64,000 nucleotides of DNA from Gemmatimonadota bacterium (GCA_039585495.1 JBDGVT010000038.1:1774-65773); one strand, 5' to 3'. Positions 28,842 to 38,592 are shown, counted from the first letter of the stretch. Notes: generated by a model from the sequence alone, not told the origin. Made by a program: numbers and translations.

Positions 28842-29849
28842 TTACTTCTCGGTCGCCGCTTCCTCGGACGCTCCACCTTCCGCCTCGGCAACTGGCGCCT
28901 CCGCTACAGGTGCATCGGCCTCGGGTGCATCGGCCTCGGGTGCGTCGGCCTCGGGTGCGTCGGCCGCCGCCTCTTCACCGGAAGCCTCACCCTCTGTGGC
29001 CGCAGTGCCATCGTCCTTCAGATGCGCGGCGATCACTTCGGGACGCGGGCGACGCTTGCGACGCGGCCGGCGCCGCTTGGGCGCTTCCTTCTCCGTCGTC
29101 TCTCCGGTTTCGGTCGAGTAGGTAGTCGCCTCGAGCTCGTCGATGCGGCGCACCTCGTCGGCCGGAACCTCTCTCCGCGCCGTCTCAATCGAATCCGCGA
29201 TGGCCTTTCCGATCAGCGTGACGGACCGGATGGCATCGTCGTTGCCGGGGATCGGGAAGTCGATGAGATCCGGATCCGCATTCGTGTCGGTAATCGCGAT
29301 GACCGGGATCCCGAGCTTCGCAGCTTCCTTCACAGCGATCATCTCCCGGCGGGCATCCACCAGGAAGATCGCTCCAGGAAGGCGACCCATGTCCTTCACG
29401 CCTCCCAAGTACTTGTCGAGCTTCACCCGCTCACGCTCGAGCAGAAGGCGTTCCTTCTTGGTGTAGAACTCGAACGCGTTCTCCTCGGCGCCGCGCTCCA
29501 ACTCCTTGAGCCGGCGGATCTGCTGCCGAATCGTCTGGAAATTGGTAAGCATCCCGCCGAGCCACCGCTCGGTCACCCAAAACGAGCCACTCCGCTGAGC
29601 CTCGACCTCGACGACGCCCCGAAGCTGCTTCTTCGTGCAAACGAAGAGGACTTTGTCTCCGCGGAGAACGACCTCCCGGACAGCCTGCTGGGCGACCTTG
29701 AGACGATCGAGCGTCTTCCGCAGGTCGATGATGTGAATGCCGTTGCGCTCCGTGAAGATGAATGGCTTCATCTTCGGGTTCCAACGGCGAGTCTGGTGGC
29801 CGAAGTGGACTCCGGCCTCAAGTAGCTGATCGAGACGAACTTCAGACAT
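28842..29849 (-). CDS. rpsB: 30S ribosomal protein S2 with ~85-aa C-terminal extension
   Basis: Canonical S2 core (GVHFGHQTRRWNPKM...) followed by a basic patch KRRRPRRKRRPRP and an acidic DAPEA-repeat tail. Confidence 0.95.
   Translation of the reverse strand: MSEVRLDQLLEAGVHFGHQTRRWNPKMKPFIFTERNGIHIIDLRKTLDRLKVAQQAVREVVLRGDKVLFVCTKKQLRGVVEVEAQRSGSFWVTERWLGGMLTNFQTIRQQIRRLKELERGAEENAFEFYTKKERLLLERERVKLDKYLGGVKDMGRLPGAIFLVDARREMIAVKEAAKLGIPVIAITDTNADPDLIDFPIPGNDDAIRSVTLIGKAIADSIETARREVPADEVRRIDELEATTYSTETGETTEKEAPKRRRPRRKRRPRPEVIAAHLKDDGTAATEGEASGEEAAADAPEADAPEADAPEADAPVAEAPVAEAEGGASEEAATEK
28911..28964. repeat. 15-nt tandem repeat (3.6 copies) inside the rpsB tail
   Basis: gcatcggcctcgggt x2, then gcgtcggcctcgggt, then partial gcgtcggcc. 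Encodes (DAPEA)n on the minus strand. Confidence 0.9.
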
Positions 29850-29930
29850 AAGTACTTTCTCTACGTGGGGCCGATATACGCCCCGGTCAGGATTTGACGC
29901 CGGCCGAAGCCAACGCCTTGGGTATAACGA

Positions 29931-30332
29931 TTAACGCTTGGAGAACTGGAATCGCTTGCGTGCCTTCGGACGGCCGGGCTTCTTCCGCTCGACCTGTCGG
30001 GCATCCCGAGTAAGCATCCCCTTCTCTCTCAATGCGGGACGTAACTCCTCGTCGTGCTCGACCAACGCACGGGAAACACCCATGCGCACGGCATCCGACT
30101 GACCCGTGAGTCCGCCACCGCGGACTCGGATGGTCACATCGAAGATGCCTTCGAGTTCAGCAACCTTGAAAGGCTCCTCGACCCGGATCTGATGGGTCGG
30201 ACGTGGGAAATAATCCTGCATGGTGCGGCCATTCACACTCCACTCGCCCTTTCCGGGGCGGAGGGTCACACGTGCGACGGAACGCTTTCTACGTCCAACC
30301 GTCTGGATCTGATCTGTCACTTCACCGGCCAT
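29931..30332 (-). CDS. rpsI: 30S ribosomal protein S9
   Basis: 133-aa ORF with GGGLTGQSDAVRMGVSRAL and a C-terminal basic tail ending KR. Confidence 0.95.
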   Translation of the reverse strand: MAGEVTDQIQTVGRRKRSVARVTLRPGKGEWSVNGRTMQDYFPRPTHQIRVEEPFKVAELEGIFDVTIRVRGGGLTGQSDAVRMGVSRALVEHDEELRPALREKGMLTRDARQVERKKPGRPKARKRFQFSKR

Positions 30333-30345
30333 TCGCTGCTAAACC

Positions 30346-30774
30346 TCAGATGTCGAGGGGCTCGGGCTGTTGGCCCTGATGGGGATGCTCCGTGCCCGCG
30401 TAAACCTTCAGCTTCTTCCTGAGAACCCGACCGAGGGCATTCTTCGGCAACATGCCCTTCACGGCCAGTTCGATCACCCGTTCGGGATGCGTTTCGATCA
30501 TGCGACGGAACGGGATATGCTGTTCGTGGCCCATATACCCGGAATGGCGGAAGTACGTCTTCTGCTCCGCCTTGTTTCCGGTGAGGCGCACCTTCTCGGC
30601 GTTGATGATCACGACGTTGTCGCCGGTATCGAGATGGGGCGTATAGATAGGCTTGTGCTTGCCACGAATGACTCGCGCTACCTCCGAGGCCAGCCGCCCA
30701 AGCGGCTTGTCGGACGCGTCGACGAGCCACCAGTGGTGCTCGATATCGTCAGCTTTCGGTGTGTACGTTCTCAT
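30346..30774 (-). CDS. rplM: 50S ribosomal protein L13
   Basis: 142-aa ORF. The [29 protein letters not shown]-terminus is typical of L13. Confidence 0.95.
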   Translation of the reverse strand: MRTYTPKADDIEHHWWLVDASDKPLGRLASEVARVIRGKHKPIYTPHLDTGDNVVIINAEKVRLTGNKAEQKTYFRHSGYMGHEQHIPFRRMIETHPERVIELAVKGMLPKNALGRVLRKKLKVYAGTEHPHQGQQPEPLDI

Positions 30775-30913
30775 GCCTGTTCTGCCAAAAAGGCGCTACC
30801 CAAAAAGAGCCTTAAATGATATTCGAGAAGCAAATGGCCGTCAACGGCTGATCGGCCTTGTCGACCGGGGGTTTCCGGCCGCTCCGGGGGACACTGCCCC
30901 AGGTGCTCGAAAG

Positions 30914-30931
30914 GCGGACCGATCGGTCCGC
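30914..30931 (-). terminator. candidate terminator hairpin after the sigma-factor gene
   Basis: Perfect 18-nt palindrome GCGGACCGATCGGTCCGC starting 13 nt downstream of the sigma-factor stop. Only a weak T-tract (CTTTCG) follows on the minus strand. Confidence 0.35.
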
Positions 30932-30943
30932 TGCGTTGGGTCT

Positions 30944-31795
30944 TTAGCGGTACGACTCCAGGAAGCGCGCCCGGGAGGCGTGTCGCAAACGAACGAGCGC
31001 CTTTTCCTTGATCTGGCGGACCCTCTCGCGCGTGATCCCGAGAATCTGACCAATCTCCTCCAACGTCATCGGGTCCTGATCATCCAGCCCGAAGTAGAGG
31101 CGCAGGATCTTGGCCTCTCGCTCCTTCAGCGTGCCCAGGGCGCTTTCGATCGTATCCTTGAGCGCGTGCTCGAACGTCTCGTCTTCCGGACCCGGCGAAT
31201 ATTGATCCGGCAGATAGTCGAGAAGCCGGTTGTCCTCGCCCGGCGTCATCGGAGCGTCGAGGGAGAGATGTGAGTGCGAGATCGCCAGAGTCCTCTCGAT
31301 CTCCTCTTTCGTCACATCGAGGTCCTCGGCGATCTCGTCGACCGTAGGCTCTCGACCGAGTTCCTGGAGCAGGGTCGAACTCCGACGCCCGATCCGGTAC
31401 AACGCGCCAGCGCGGTTGAGCGGCACCCGTACGATCCGGCTTTGTTCGGCCAGTGCCTGGAGGATCGCCTGGCGAATCCACCAAACGGCGTAGCTGATGA
31501 ACTTGATGCCCTTCGTCTCGTCGAATTTGTGTGCGGCCCGGATGAGCCCGAGGTTGCCCTCGTTGATCAGGTCCGAGAGAGGCACACCCTGGTTCTGATA
31601 CTTCTTCGCGACCGAGACGACGAACCGGAGATTCGACCGCACGAGCTTGTTGAGAGCCTCCTCGTCATCCTTGCGGATGAGCTTGGCGAGGCGCGCCTCT
31701 TCCGCACGGTCGATGAGGGGGTACTGACTGATCTCCTTCAGGTACTGATCCAACGAGCCTTCCTTTGAGGAAGCTCGGCGGGAGGAGAAGGTCAT
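30944..31795 (-). CDS. RpoD-family sigma-70 factor, short form lacking region 1.1
   Basis: Region 2 (NLRFVVSVAKKY, FISYAVWWIRQAI), region 3, and the region 4.2 HTH (TLEEIGQILGITRERVRQIKEKAL). 283 aa. Confidence 0.9.
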   Translation of the reverse strand: MTFSSRRASSKEGSLDQYLKEISQYPLIDRAEEARLAKLIRKDDEEALNKLVRSNLRFVVSVAKKYQNQGVPLSDLINEGNLGLIRAAHKFDETKGIKFISYAVWWIRQAILQALAEQSRIVRVPLNRAGALYRIGRRSSTLLQELGREPTVDEIAEDLDVTKEEIERTLAISHSHLSLDAPMTPGEDNRLLDYLPDQYSPGPEDETFEHALKDTIESALGTLKEREAKILRLYFGLDDQDPMTLEEIGQILGITRERVRQIKEKALVRLRHASRARFLESYR

Positions 31796-31927
31796 CTGAG
31801 CCCGTGCGTGGATAGGTCGTAGGGAGGCCTTACGTCCGCAGCCCCGCTTAGAATCTCAACGTTCGTCGGATCGCGCAACCGCTCATCGATCCCCTGTACT
31901 CCAGGACCGACCCGTATGAGGCTGCGC

Positions 31928-32641
31928 TCAGCGGATCACCGTGCCGAGTCGCGCCCACCGAACGCGGGAAAGCCACGATTCAGAGGTCAGGATCGCCATC
32001 TGGTGGGAGTAGTAAACGAACCAGGGACGGCCCCGAATCTGGTCGCGCGTGACGAAGCCCCAATACCTGGAATCCTCACTGTTGTCACGGTTGTCACCCA
32101 ACACGAAGTAACGGCCCTCGGGTACGACGATGGGACCCCAGTTGTCTCGCGTTGGATGGTACCGGTTCGGCGGAGCCGCGATCAGGTGATGCGACTGCCA
32201 CTCCATGTCCGGATGGACCGCATCGCCTCGGCCGTCGACGTAGCGGACATAGGGTTCGTAGACCGGAGCACCGTTGAGGAAGAGTTCCTTGTCGCGCATC
32301 TCCAGTGTGTCGGACGGGAGCCCGACCAGACGCTTGACGTAATTCTTGTCGGGCTCGTGGGGCGGGTGGAATACGATCACATCCCCACGCCCAGGCTCCG
32401 CGAACGCTTTTAGGGTGATGTCGGTACCCGGTACCCGGGCGCCGTACACGGCCTTGTTGACCAACAGGAAGTCTCCGACCAGCAGCGTACCTTCCATCGA
32501 CGACGTCGGAATCTTGAAGGCCTCGACGACCGTGGCCCGGATCGCGAGAAAGAGCAGGAAGGCGATCGCGATCGACTTGGACCAGTCGATGAGCCCGTCA
32601 CTCCATCGCGCGCTGCGGGATCTATGCTCCGAACGGAGCAT
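31928..32641 (-). CDS. lepB: signal peptidase I
   Basis: Catalytic Ser box IPTSSMEGTL, a Lys box, and GDNRDNSEDSRYWG. The ORF extends to 32707. Confidence 0.92.
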   Translation of the reverse strand: MLRSEHRSRSARWSDGLIDWSKSIAIAFLLFLAIRATVVEAFKIPTSSMEGTLLVGDFLLVNKAVYGARVPGTDITLKAFAEPGRGDVIVFHPPHEPDKNYVKRLVGLPSDTLEMRDKELFLNGAPVYEPYVRYVDGRGDAVHPDMEWQSHHLIAAPPNRYHPTRDNWGPIVVPEGRYFVLGDNRDNSEDSRYWGFVTRDQIRGRPWFVYYSHQMAILTSESWLSRVRWARLGTVIR

Positions 32642-32829
32642 ATCGGGCACCACGCTCTCACCGTGCTCGGCTTCTCGCACTCCACCCTCGCTTCTGCAAG
32701 TGTCCATCGTGGGATCTGCAGACCCTCGGCCACGCTCTGCCCCCCGAGCAGCTGTAAAGTCAATACACAGAGGGCCTGAGCGCGTTCCTCGGACCGAATT
32801 GCTTTCGACCGGGAGGCCCCCTCAATAGC

Positions 32830-33627
32830 TTGGCCTTCATATCTCGAACGGTGTCCGCTGAGCTGCCCATGCTACTGAGCTTCTCGACTCGACCCAAGCC
32901 TCTGACCGTATTCGCCCTCGCGCTCGTCGGTTGGGGACTGCTCACACTCTCCCGTGGACGGGTCGGCGGGGACGAGGCTCCATGCGACCCGTCCGAAGCG
33001 GCCTGCGGTGAATTGGGAAGCGGGGCCATTGGAGGCGAAATCGCCGGGGCGCCGCCGACACTGTCGGCCGCCGAGACGTGTATCGATGTCGGCTACCTCT
33101 GCGCGGGCCTCGCGCAGAACGAAGTGATACGCCTTCAGAGATGGAAGAACTTCGAGGGTACGATGGTCGTCCACGTCCCCGTCCCCGACATGGAGGACCG
33201 AACCGCCGCACGAGCACTTCAGCAAGCCGCGCTGCAGGGCCTCCGCGCGTGGAGTGGCCAACCGTTCGAGATTCTGGCGGACCTTCGCGGCGACCGAAGC
33301 CCGCACTTCGCGGTCCGCTGGACCCGGAGTCTCGGCGGTTCACAGATCGGCGTAGCGCGCACTCAATGGTCCCCCACCAGCGGGCTCAAGGTGGTCTCGA
33401 TCGAACTCGTGACACACAGCCCGTTCGATTCGTCACGGCCGGCCGACGCGAACCAGGTTCGCCTAACCGCAGCACATGAAATGGGGCATGCCCTTGGCCT
33501 GCAACACAGCGATGCTCCGCGCGACATCATGTATCCGACGAACACCGCGACCTCGATGAGCGCACAGGATTTTCGGTCGGTCGAGGTGCTCTACCGAATG
33601 GAAGACGGGACGCAGATTCGCAGGTAG
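32830..33627 (+). CDS. matrixin-family (M10) zinc metalloprotease, membrane-anchored or secreted
   Basis: HEMGHALGLQHS zinc motif followed by a Met-turn (DIMYP). N-terminal hydrophobic segment LTVFALALVGWGLLTL. Confidence 0.8.
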   Translation: MAFISRTVSAELPMLLSFSTRPKPLTVFALALVGWGLLTLSRGRVGGDEAPCDPSEAACGELGSGAIGGEIAGAPPTLSAAETCIDVGYLCAGLAQNEVIRLQRWKNFEGTMVVHVPVPDMEDRTAARALQQAALQGLRAWSGQPFEILADLRGDRSPHFAVRWTRSLGGSQIGVARTQWSPTSGLKVVSIELVTHSPFDSSRPADANQVRLTAAHEMGHALGLQHSDAPRDIMYPTNTATSMSAQDFRSVEVLYRMEDGTQIRR

Positions 33628-33650
33628 AGCGCGGTCCCGAGTAGCCGGCC

Positions 33651-35012
33651 CTACCCTTCTCGCGACAGCCCGTACTTCTCGATCTTCTTGTAGAGATTCG
33701 ATCGTGGCATGTCGATGCGGCGTGCCGTCTCGGCCACGTTCCAATCATTCTCTCGGAGCTTCTGGAGAATGTAGGCGCGCTCTGCTCCATCCTTGAAGTC
33801 GGAGAAGTTCTCCGACGACAGGAGCTCCCCCCCGATCCCCTTACTCGACGAACGACCCGTGGCCAGCATGTCGACGTCGTCGGCCCGCACGGTCTCCCCG
33901 GAGGCCAGGATGAGTAGCCGTTCTACCGTGTTCCGAAGTTCCCGGACGTTCCCGGGCCACGACAGCCCCTGAAGCTTGTCGATGGCCTTGGCCTCGAAGC
34001 TCCGGGGCGTCACTCCGTCACGAGCAATCATGATGTCCGTGAAGTGCTGGACGAGCATGGGGATGTCGTCCCTTCGTTCCCTGAGAGGCGGAACGTGAAT
34101 GGGCACCACGTTGAGCCGATAGTAGAGGTCCTCTCTGAACCCCCCGTCGTCGATTTCTCGAGCGAGATCCTTGTTGGTCGCGGCGATGACACGAACGTCG
34201 ACGTTGATCGCCTTCGAACCACCGACGCGGGTGACGACACCTTGTTCGAGCGCCCGCAGCACCTTCGCCTGCGCATCGGGAGACATGTCACCGATCTCGT
34301 CGAGAAACAACGTGCCGCCGTCCGCCTGCTCGAACTTCCCTGCCCGATCTGCGACTGCACCCGTGAACGACCCCTTCATGTGGCCGAAGAGCGCCGACTC
34401 GATGAGTTCGGACGGAATCGCCGCACAGTTGACCTCGATGAACGGCGTACCCGATCGCGGTGACAGGCGATGGATGGCTCGGGCCACGAGCTCCTTCCCT
34501 GTTCCGTTCTCCCCCGAGATCAGCACTCGTGCCTCGGTCGGAGACACACGTTCGACCCTCTCGAGCACCTGACGAATCTGGTACGACGTGCCGACGATCT
34601 CGTACCGACTCTCGACCTGACTCCGAAGATCGGCCATCGACTGGGTGAGTCCACGCAGTTCGAGCGCACGGCTCAGCGTGACCAGAAGGCGATCCGTGTC
34701 CAGCGGCTTCTCGAGGAAGTCGTAGGCACCCTTCCGGGTCGCCTCGACCGCCGTGTCAATCGTGCCGTGACCCGAGATCATCACGACGAGCGCACTAGGG
34801 TCGTCTTCGCGGAGGCGCGCCAGGACGTCGAGACCGTCGATACCCGGCATCTTCACGTCCAGGAAGATGACATCGGGCCGAAACTCACCAGCGACGGTGA
34901 TCCCGCTGTGCCCGTCTTCGGCTTGCCGAACCTCGTGGCCCTCGTACTCGAATACCTGGGCGAGCGCACCCCGGATCCCGGCTTCGTCGTCAATCACCAG
35001 CAGTCGTGCCAT
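33651..35012 (-). CDS. sigma-54-dependent response regulator (NtrC/NtrX-like enhancer-binding protein)
   Basis: Receiver domain (LVIDDE, FLDVKMPG), AAA+ Walker A GENGTGKE, GSFTGA (GAFTGA variant) and a C-terminal Fis-type HTH (ETARRIDMPRSNLYKKIEKYGL). Confidence 0.92.
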   Translation of the reverse strand: MARLLVIDDEAGIRGALAQVFEYEGHEVRQAEDGHSGITVAGEFRPDVIFLDVKMPGIDGLDVLARLREDDPSALVVMISGHGTIDTAVEATRKGAYDFLEKPLDTDRLLVTLSRALELRGLTQSMADLRSQVESRYEIVGTSYQIRQVLERVERVSPTEARVLISGENGTGKELVARAIHRLSPRSGTPFIEVNCAAIPSELIESALFGHMKGSFTGAVADRAGKFEQADGGTLFLDEIGDMSPDAQAKVLRALEQGVVTRVGGSKAINVDVRVIAATNKDLAREIDDGGFREDLYYRLNVVPIHVPPLRERRDDIPMLVQHFTDIMIARDGVTPRSFEAKAIDKLQGLSWPGNVRELRNTVERLLILASGETVRADDVDMLATGRSSSKGIGGELLSSENFSDFKDGAERAYILQKLRENDWNVAETARRIDMPRSNLYKKIEKYGLSREG

Positions 35013-35077
35013 CTATTCGCCTCCCCCGCCATCTACAGCGACCGGAGCGATTGCGTTCCCCGAGCGGTCGAGCAAGA

Positions 35078-35641
35078 TCAACTGGCCGCGAGCTGCACGC
35101 TGGAAACGACACTGTAGCGAGCGCCCCGCTTCGAGAGTTGACTCCTCATGAGGTCGATCGAGCGGACCTTCACCTCACCCAGGAAGTCGATGTCCGCCAT
35201 GAGTGTATCGAGTCCCCGGAAGGCTCCCGCTCCTCCGGCGTCGTCGGCCCTTCCCAGCGTGACATGCGGATGGAATGCCCTGGTCTCAGCTCCGAAGCCC
35301 ACATCACCGAGCGCCCACTCGAGATCCTGCTTCAGGCATCGCAGTTCGGCGCTCGCACCGACTCCCAGCCAGATCACGTTTGGACGCCGGATCGTCGGGA
35401 AGGCACCGAAGCCCGAGATGTCCGTGGAGAAAGACCGGGTAGCGCCAGCCACCTTGGTCATGGCCTCCTCGACGGGTCCCAACTGCTCGCGTCGGACTTC
35501 CCCGAGGAACTTGAGCGTAATGTGGAAATTCTCCGGATCGATCCAGCGAACCGGCAGCTCGCCCTCCCTCAGTGACCGGGCGGCCCTGTGGATGCGGGTG
35601 CACTGAGTCTTTGGAAGAGCGATTCCTACGAAGAGCCGCAT
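35078..35641 (-). CDS. thpR: RNA 2',3'-cyclic phosphodiesterase (2H phosphoesterase, ThpR/LigT-like)
   Basis: 187-aa ORF with the two H-x-T-x motifs HITLKF and HVTLGR at typical spacing. Confidence 0.85.
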   Translation of the reverse strand: MRLFVGIALPKTQCTRIHRAARSLREGELPVRWIDPENFHITLKFLGEVRREQLGPVEEAMTKVAGATRSFSTDISGFGAFPTIRRPNVIWLGVGASAELRCLKQDLEWALGDVGFGAETRAFHPHVTLGRADDAGGAGAFRGLDTLMADIDFLGEVKVRSIDLMRSQLSKRGARYSVVSSVQLAAS

Positions 35642-35734
35642 GACCGCACGATCCGGGGAGGTTGTGTGGAGTTGGAGCGCGGCGAGAGGCCGCCAGCCCG
35701 CTGTGGCAACGTAGCCTTTCCGGACTGTGAACCG

Positions 35735-36751
35735 CTACACCCCTGGCTCTGGGTCGCCCTCGACGTCTTCCTCCGGACCTCGTCCAGCAAGAGGCTCGCG
35801 CGACAGGTTCACCCTCTGGGTCGGATAGGCCAGAGCGAGATCATCATGTTGCTCCAGCGCCGCGAGGATTTCCTCCCACAACTGTCCTGCGGTACCGCGG
35901 CGCTCGCGTGGCCTGCAGAGATATCTGAGCGTGAGCACCACCCCGCTGTCTGCGACGGACACGTAAACGACCGGAGTGAGCTTGCGGTAATGGATGAGAA
36001 ACCGCTGCTGGCCTCGCTTGGTCGGCTCATGCGCCTCGCGCGTGATATCGACCGTTAGGTCCTTGGCGATTTCTCCCAGGAGCTGTTTGCCCTTCTGCCA
36101 ATTGCTCTCGAAGGTCAGCTGCACCTTCAGTTCGTTCCACAGGTACGGAAAGCCAGCGATGTAGTTGGCGAGCGGTGTGGTGAAGAGCGTCGCGTTCGGA
36201 ATGTGGATCAGCCGGCCGGTGCTCTGGTCGGCATCGACCCAGTTTCCGATTTCCATGATGGTGAACTGGAAGATCCGGCGGTCGACGACGTCTCCGGCAT
36301 GCGGCCCGATCTGAATCCTGTCGCCCAGGTCGAAGGGCTGCCGCCACATGATGAAGGCCCAACCCGCGAGGTCGGCGACAAGATCCTTCAGGGCGAACGC
36401 CAAGCCCGCGCTCAGAAGACCGAGGAAGGTCCCCACCGACTGAATCGCGGTGAACCACAGTTGCACCAACAGGAGGAGTGAAAGCAGAAAGGCGATGTTG
36501 GCGGTGACCTTGGCCCACCGGTACCGAACGGCCGAGTCCTCCACGCGCTGGTTGACGACAGCCAGCACGCCCCTGCGAGCGATGAAAATCAAGAGGAGCG
36601 TCAGCACCGAGAGCAGGATGTTGACCTGCATGTCGGGTGTCACGCCTGGGATGAGCGACAGGCCGCCAGAGTCTGGTGGCACCTGTTGCGCGTTCAGGCG
36701 GAGCGGCCCAACCGCGAGAAGCAACACCAGTAGACTCTTGAGCGTCTTCAT
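35735..36751 (-). CDS. mechanosensitive ion channel family protein (MscS-like)
   Basis: Signal-like N-terminus, TM helices, then the MscS beta-domain motif (PFDLGDRIQIGPHAGDVVDRRIFQFTIME). Confidence 0.85.
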   Translation of the reverse strand: MKTLKSLLVLLLAVGPLRLNAQQVPPDSGGLSLIPGVTPDMQVNILLSVLTLLLIFIARRGVLAVVNQRVEDSAVRYRWAKVTANIAFLLSLLLLVQLWFTAIQSVGTFLGLLSAGLAFALKDLVADLAGWAFIMWRQPFDLGDRIQIGPHAGDVVDRRIFQFTIMEIGNWVDADQSTGRLIHIPNATLFTTPLANYIAGFPYLWNELKVQLTFESNWQKGKQLLGEIAKDLTVDITREAHEPTKRGQQRFLIHYRKLTPVVYVSVADSGVVLTLRYLCRPRERRGTAGQLWEEILAALEQHDDLALAYPTQRVNLSREPLAGRGPEEDVEGDPEPGV

Positions 36752-36883
36752 TCAGATCCTCTTGCGGCCGCTTGCCTCGACCTCTGGATGCCGGGTGAAG
36801 CCGATTTCGCCTCCGTGATAATGGCGATTACCGATCCGAGAATGAATCGCAGCCGAGGACCGGCCGGACACAACAGCCTGCCC

Positions 36884-38421
36884 TCACGCGGTCCGTCCGA
36901 CGGCGCGGTACTGGAGCGCCTCGGCCACATGCTCCTCACGGATGGCGACCTCTCCGCCAAGGTCGGCGATCGTTCTCGACACCCGGAGTACGCGATCAAA
37001 GCCTCTGGCCGATAATCCGGTGCGACTCGCCGCTCGGCGCAGCAGGCCAGCAATGGAAGGCGAGAGCCGGCAATGGTGCCTGAGCTCGAGGTGACCCATG
37101 TGCGCGTTCGCGAAGACCTGGTGCACGGACCGGAAGCGATCCGCCTGACGTTGACGAGCCCGCGCAACCCGTGACCGAACGACCTCGGTCGGTTCGGCAC
37201 GTCCAAACGAGCCGAGTGCCTCCACCGGCACCGCCGGTACCTCGACGCGGATGTCGATCCGATCGATGAGCGGTCCGGAAACTCGACCCCGATACCGGGA
37301 CACGGCGTGGGGATCGCACACACAGCGGTCGCTCCCATCGCCATGGTGCCCGCACGGACACGGGTTCATCGCCGCGATCAGGAGAAAGCGCGACGGGAAG
37401 CGGAATGAGCCCTGAGCACGGGACAACGTGACCGCACCCTCTTCCATCGGTTGGCGCAGGACCTCCAGCGCGTTGCGACGGTATTCGGGAAGCTCATCGA
37501 GGAAGAGCACACCGTTGTGCCACCGTTGTGCGCCAGGCTTATCTCTCCAGGGCGTACGGGTGCCCCGCCCCCTATGAGTCCCGCATAGCTCACGGAGTGG
37601 TGCGGCGCCCGGAACGGTCGCGAGGTCCTGAGCCCTCCACCGTGCAACAGCCCGGCGACCGAATGCACTGCGGTCACCTCCATGGCCTCGCTCAGATCGA
37701 GCGGCGGCAAGATCCCCGCGATGCGCCGGGCGAGCATCGTCTTGCCGGACCCGGGCGGGCCGACCATCAGGAGATTGTGCGACCCCGCCGCCGAGACCTC
37801 GATCGCACGCTTCGCCACCGCCTGGCCCTGAACATCCGCCAGATCCGGTCCGAATCCCGGCGAGACCGATGGGAACGCGCGCGGATCGACGACGGTTGAG
37901 CTCAGCGGGTTTCTGCCGCACAGATGCGCCACGACCTGACCGAGCGTCCGAGCCCCGAAGACTTCGATCCCTCCGGCAAGGGCAGCCTCCTCGGCATTCG
38001 CGGCTGGCACGACGAGTGCGCTTAGCCCGAGGTCCCGACACCGACTGGCGACGGGCAGAACGGCAGGGACCGAACGCAAGGATCCGTCCAAGCCCAACTC
38101 GCCGAGAAAGGCAACGCCTGCCAGAGCGTCGAGTCCGACGGTGTCGGCAGCACCGAGGATACCGACGGCGATGGCCAGGTCGAAAGCCGTGCCCTCTTTT
38201 CGCACATCCGCGGGCGCGAGGTTGACCGTGATCCTCTTCAGGGGGAGGTCGAAACCGCTGTTGTGAAGGGCCGTCGAAACCCGCTCGCGGCCCTCACGCA
38301 CCGAGCCCTGAGCGAGTCCTACGACGGTGAACGAGGGCAGTCCTCTGGCGAGGTTGACCTCTACCCGGACCGCGAAAGCGTCGATGCCGAGAACGGCACC
38401 GGTGTGGACGTGTGAGAGCAT
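36884..38421 (-). pseudogene. comM: Mg-chelatase-like ATPase ComM/YifB, frameshifted by an 11-bp tandem duplication
   Basis: The N-terminal part (to ...GEISLAHNG, frame of 38421) and the C-terminal part ([25 protein letters not shown]... to 36884) are in different frames. Deleting one copy of the duplicated 11-mer restores ...[11 protein letters not shown]... Confidence 0.9.
37510..37531. repeat. exact 11-bp tandem duplication (caccgttgtgc x2) inside comM
   Basis: Read directly: 37510-37520 = 37521-37531 = caccgttgtgc. Confidence 0.97.
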
Positions 38422-38525
38422 TCTGGGACAGTCGACCGGAACGGCGGGCGCTGAAATGCCCCGATCGGTCGATACCGTACGCGCGATTGCCGGATGCCGT
38501 ACAAGGAAATAGGGGACTTCCCCGC

Positions 38526-38554
38526 TTGTGCGCCCTCGACGGCTCGGGTAGGAT
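38526..38554 (+). promoter_or_regulatory. candidate sigma-70-type promoter for the pnt operon
   Basis: TTGTGC-N17-TAGGAT about 40 nt upstream of the pntAA ATG, with GGAGAG SD at 38582-38587. Motif match only. Confidence 0.3.
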
Positions 38555-38592
38555 GGCGCGTCCGTTAGTCAGAACCCCAGTGGAGAGCACGC

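Noticed and set aside
28911-28964. Short direct repeats that might have been a CRISPR array or a minisatellite element.
   Set aside because: The units are contiguous 15-mers with no spacers, lie in frame inside rpsB and encode a DAPEA peptide repeat. This is a coding tandem repeat, not CRISPR.
36677-36689. TGGCAC...TTGC on the plus strand.
   Set aside because: The spacing is 3 nt instead of 5. The motif lies inside and antisense to the MscS-like coding sequence, with no downstream gene to serve.
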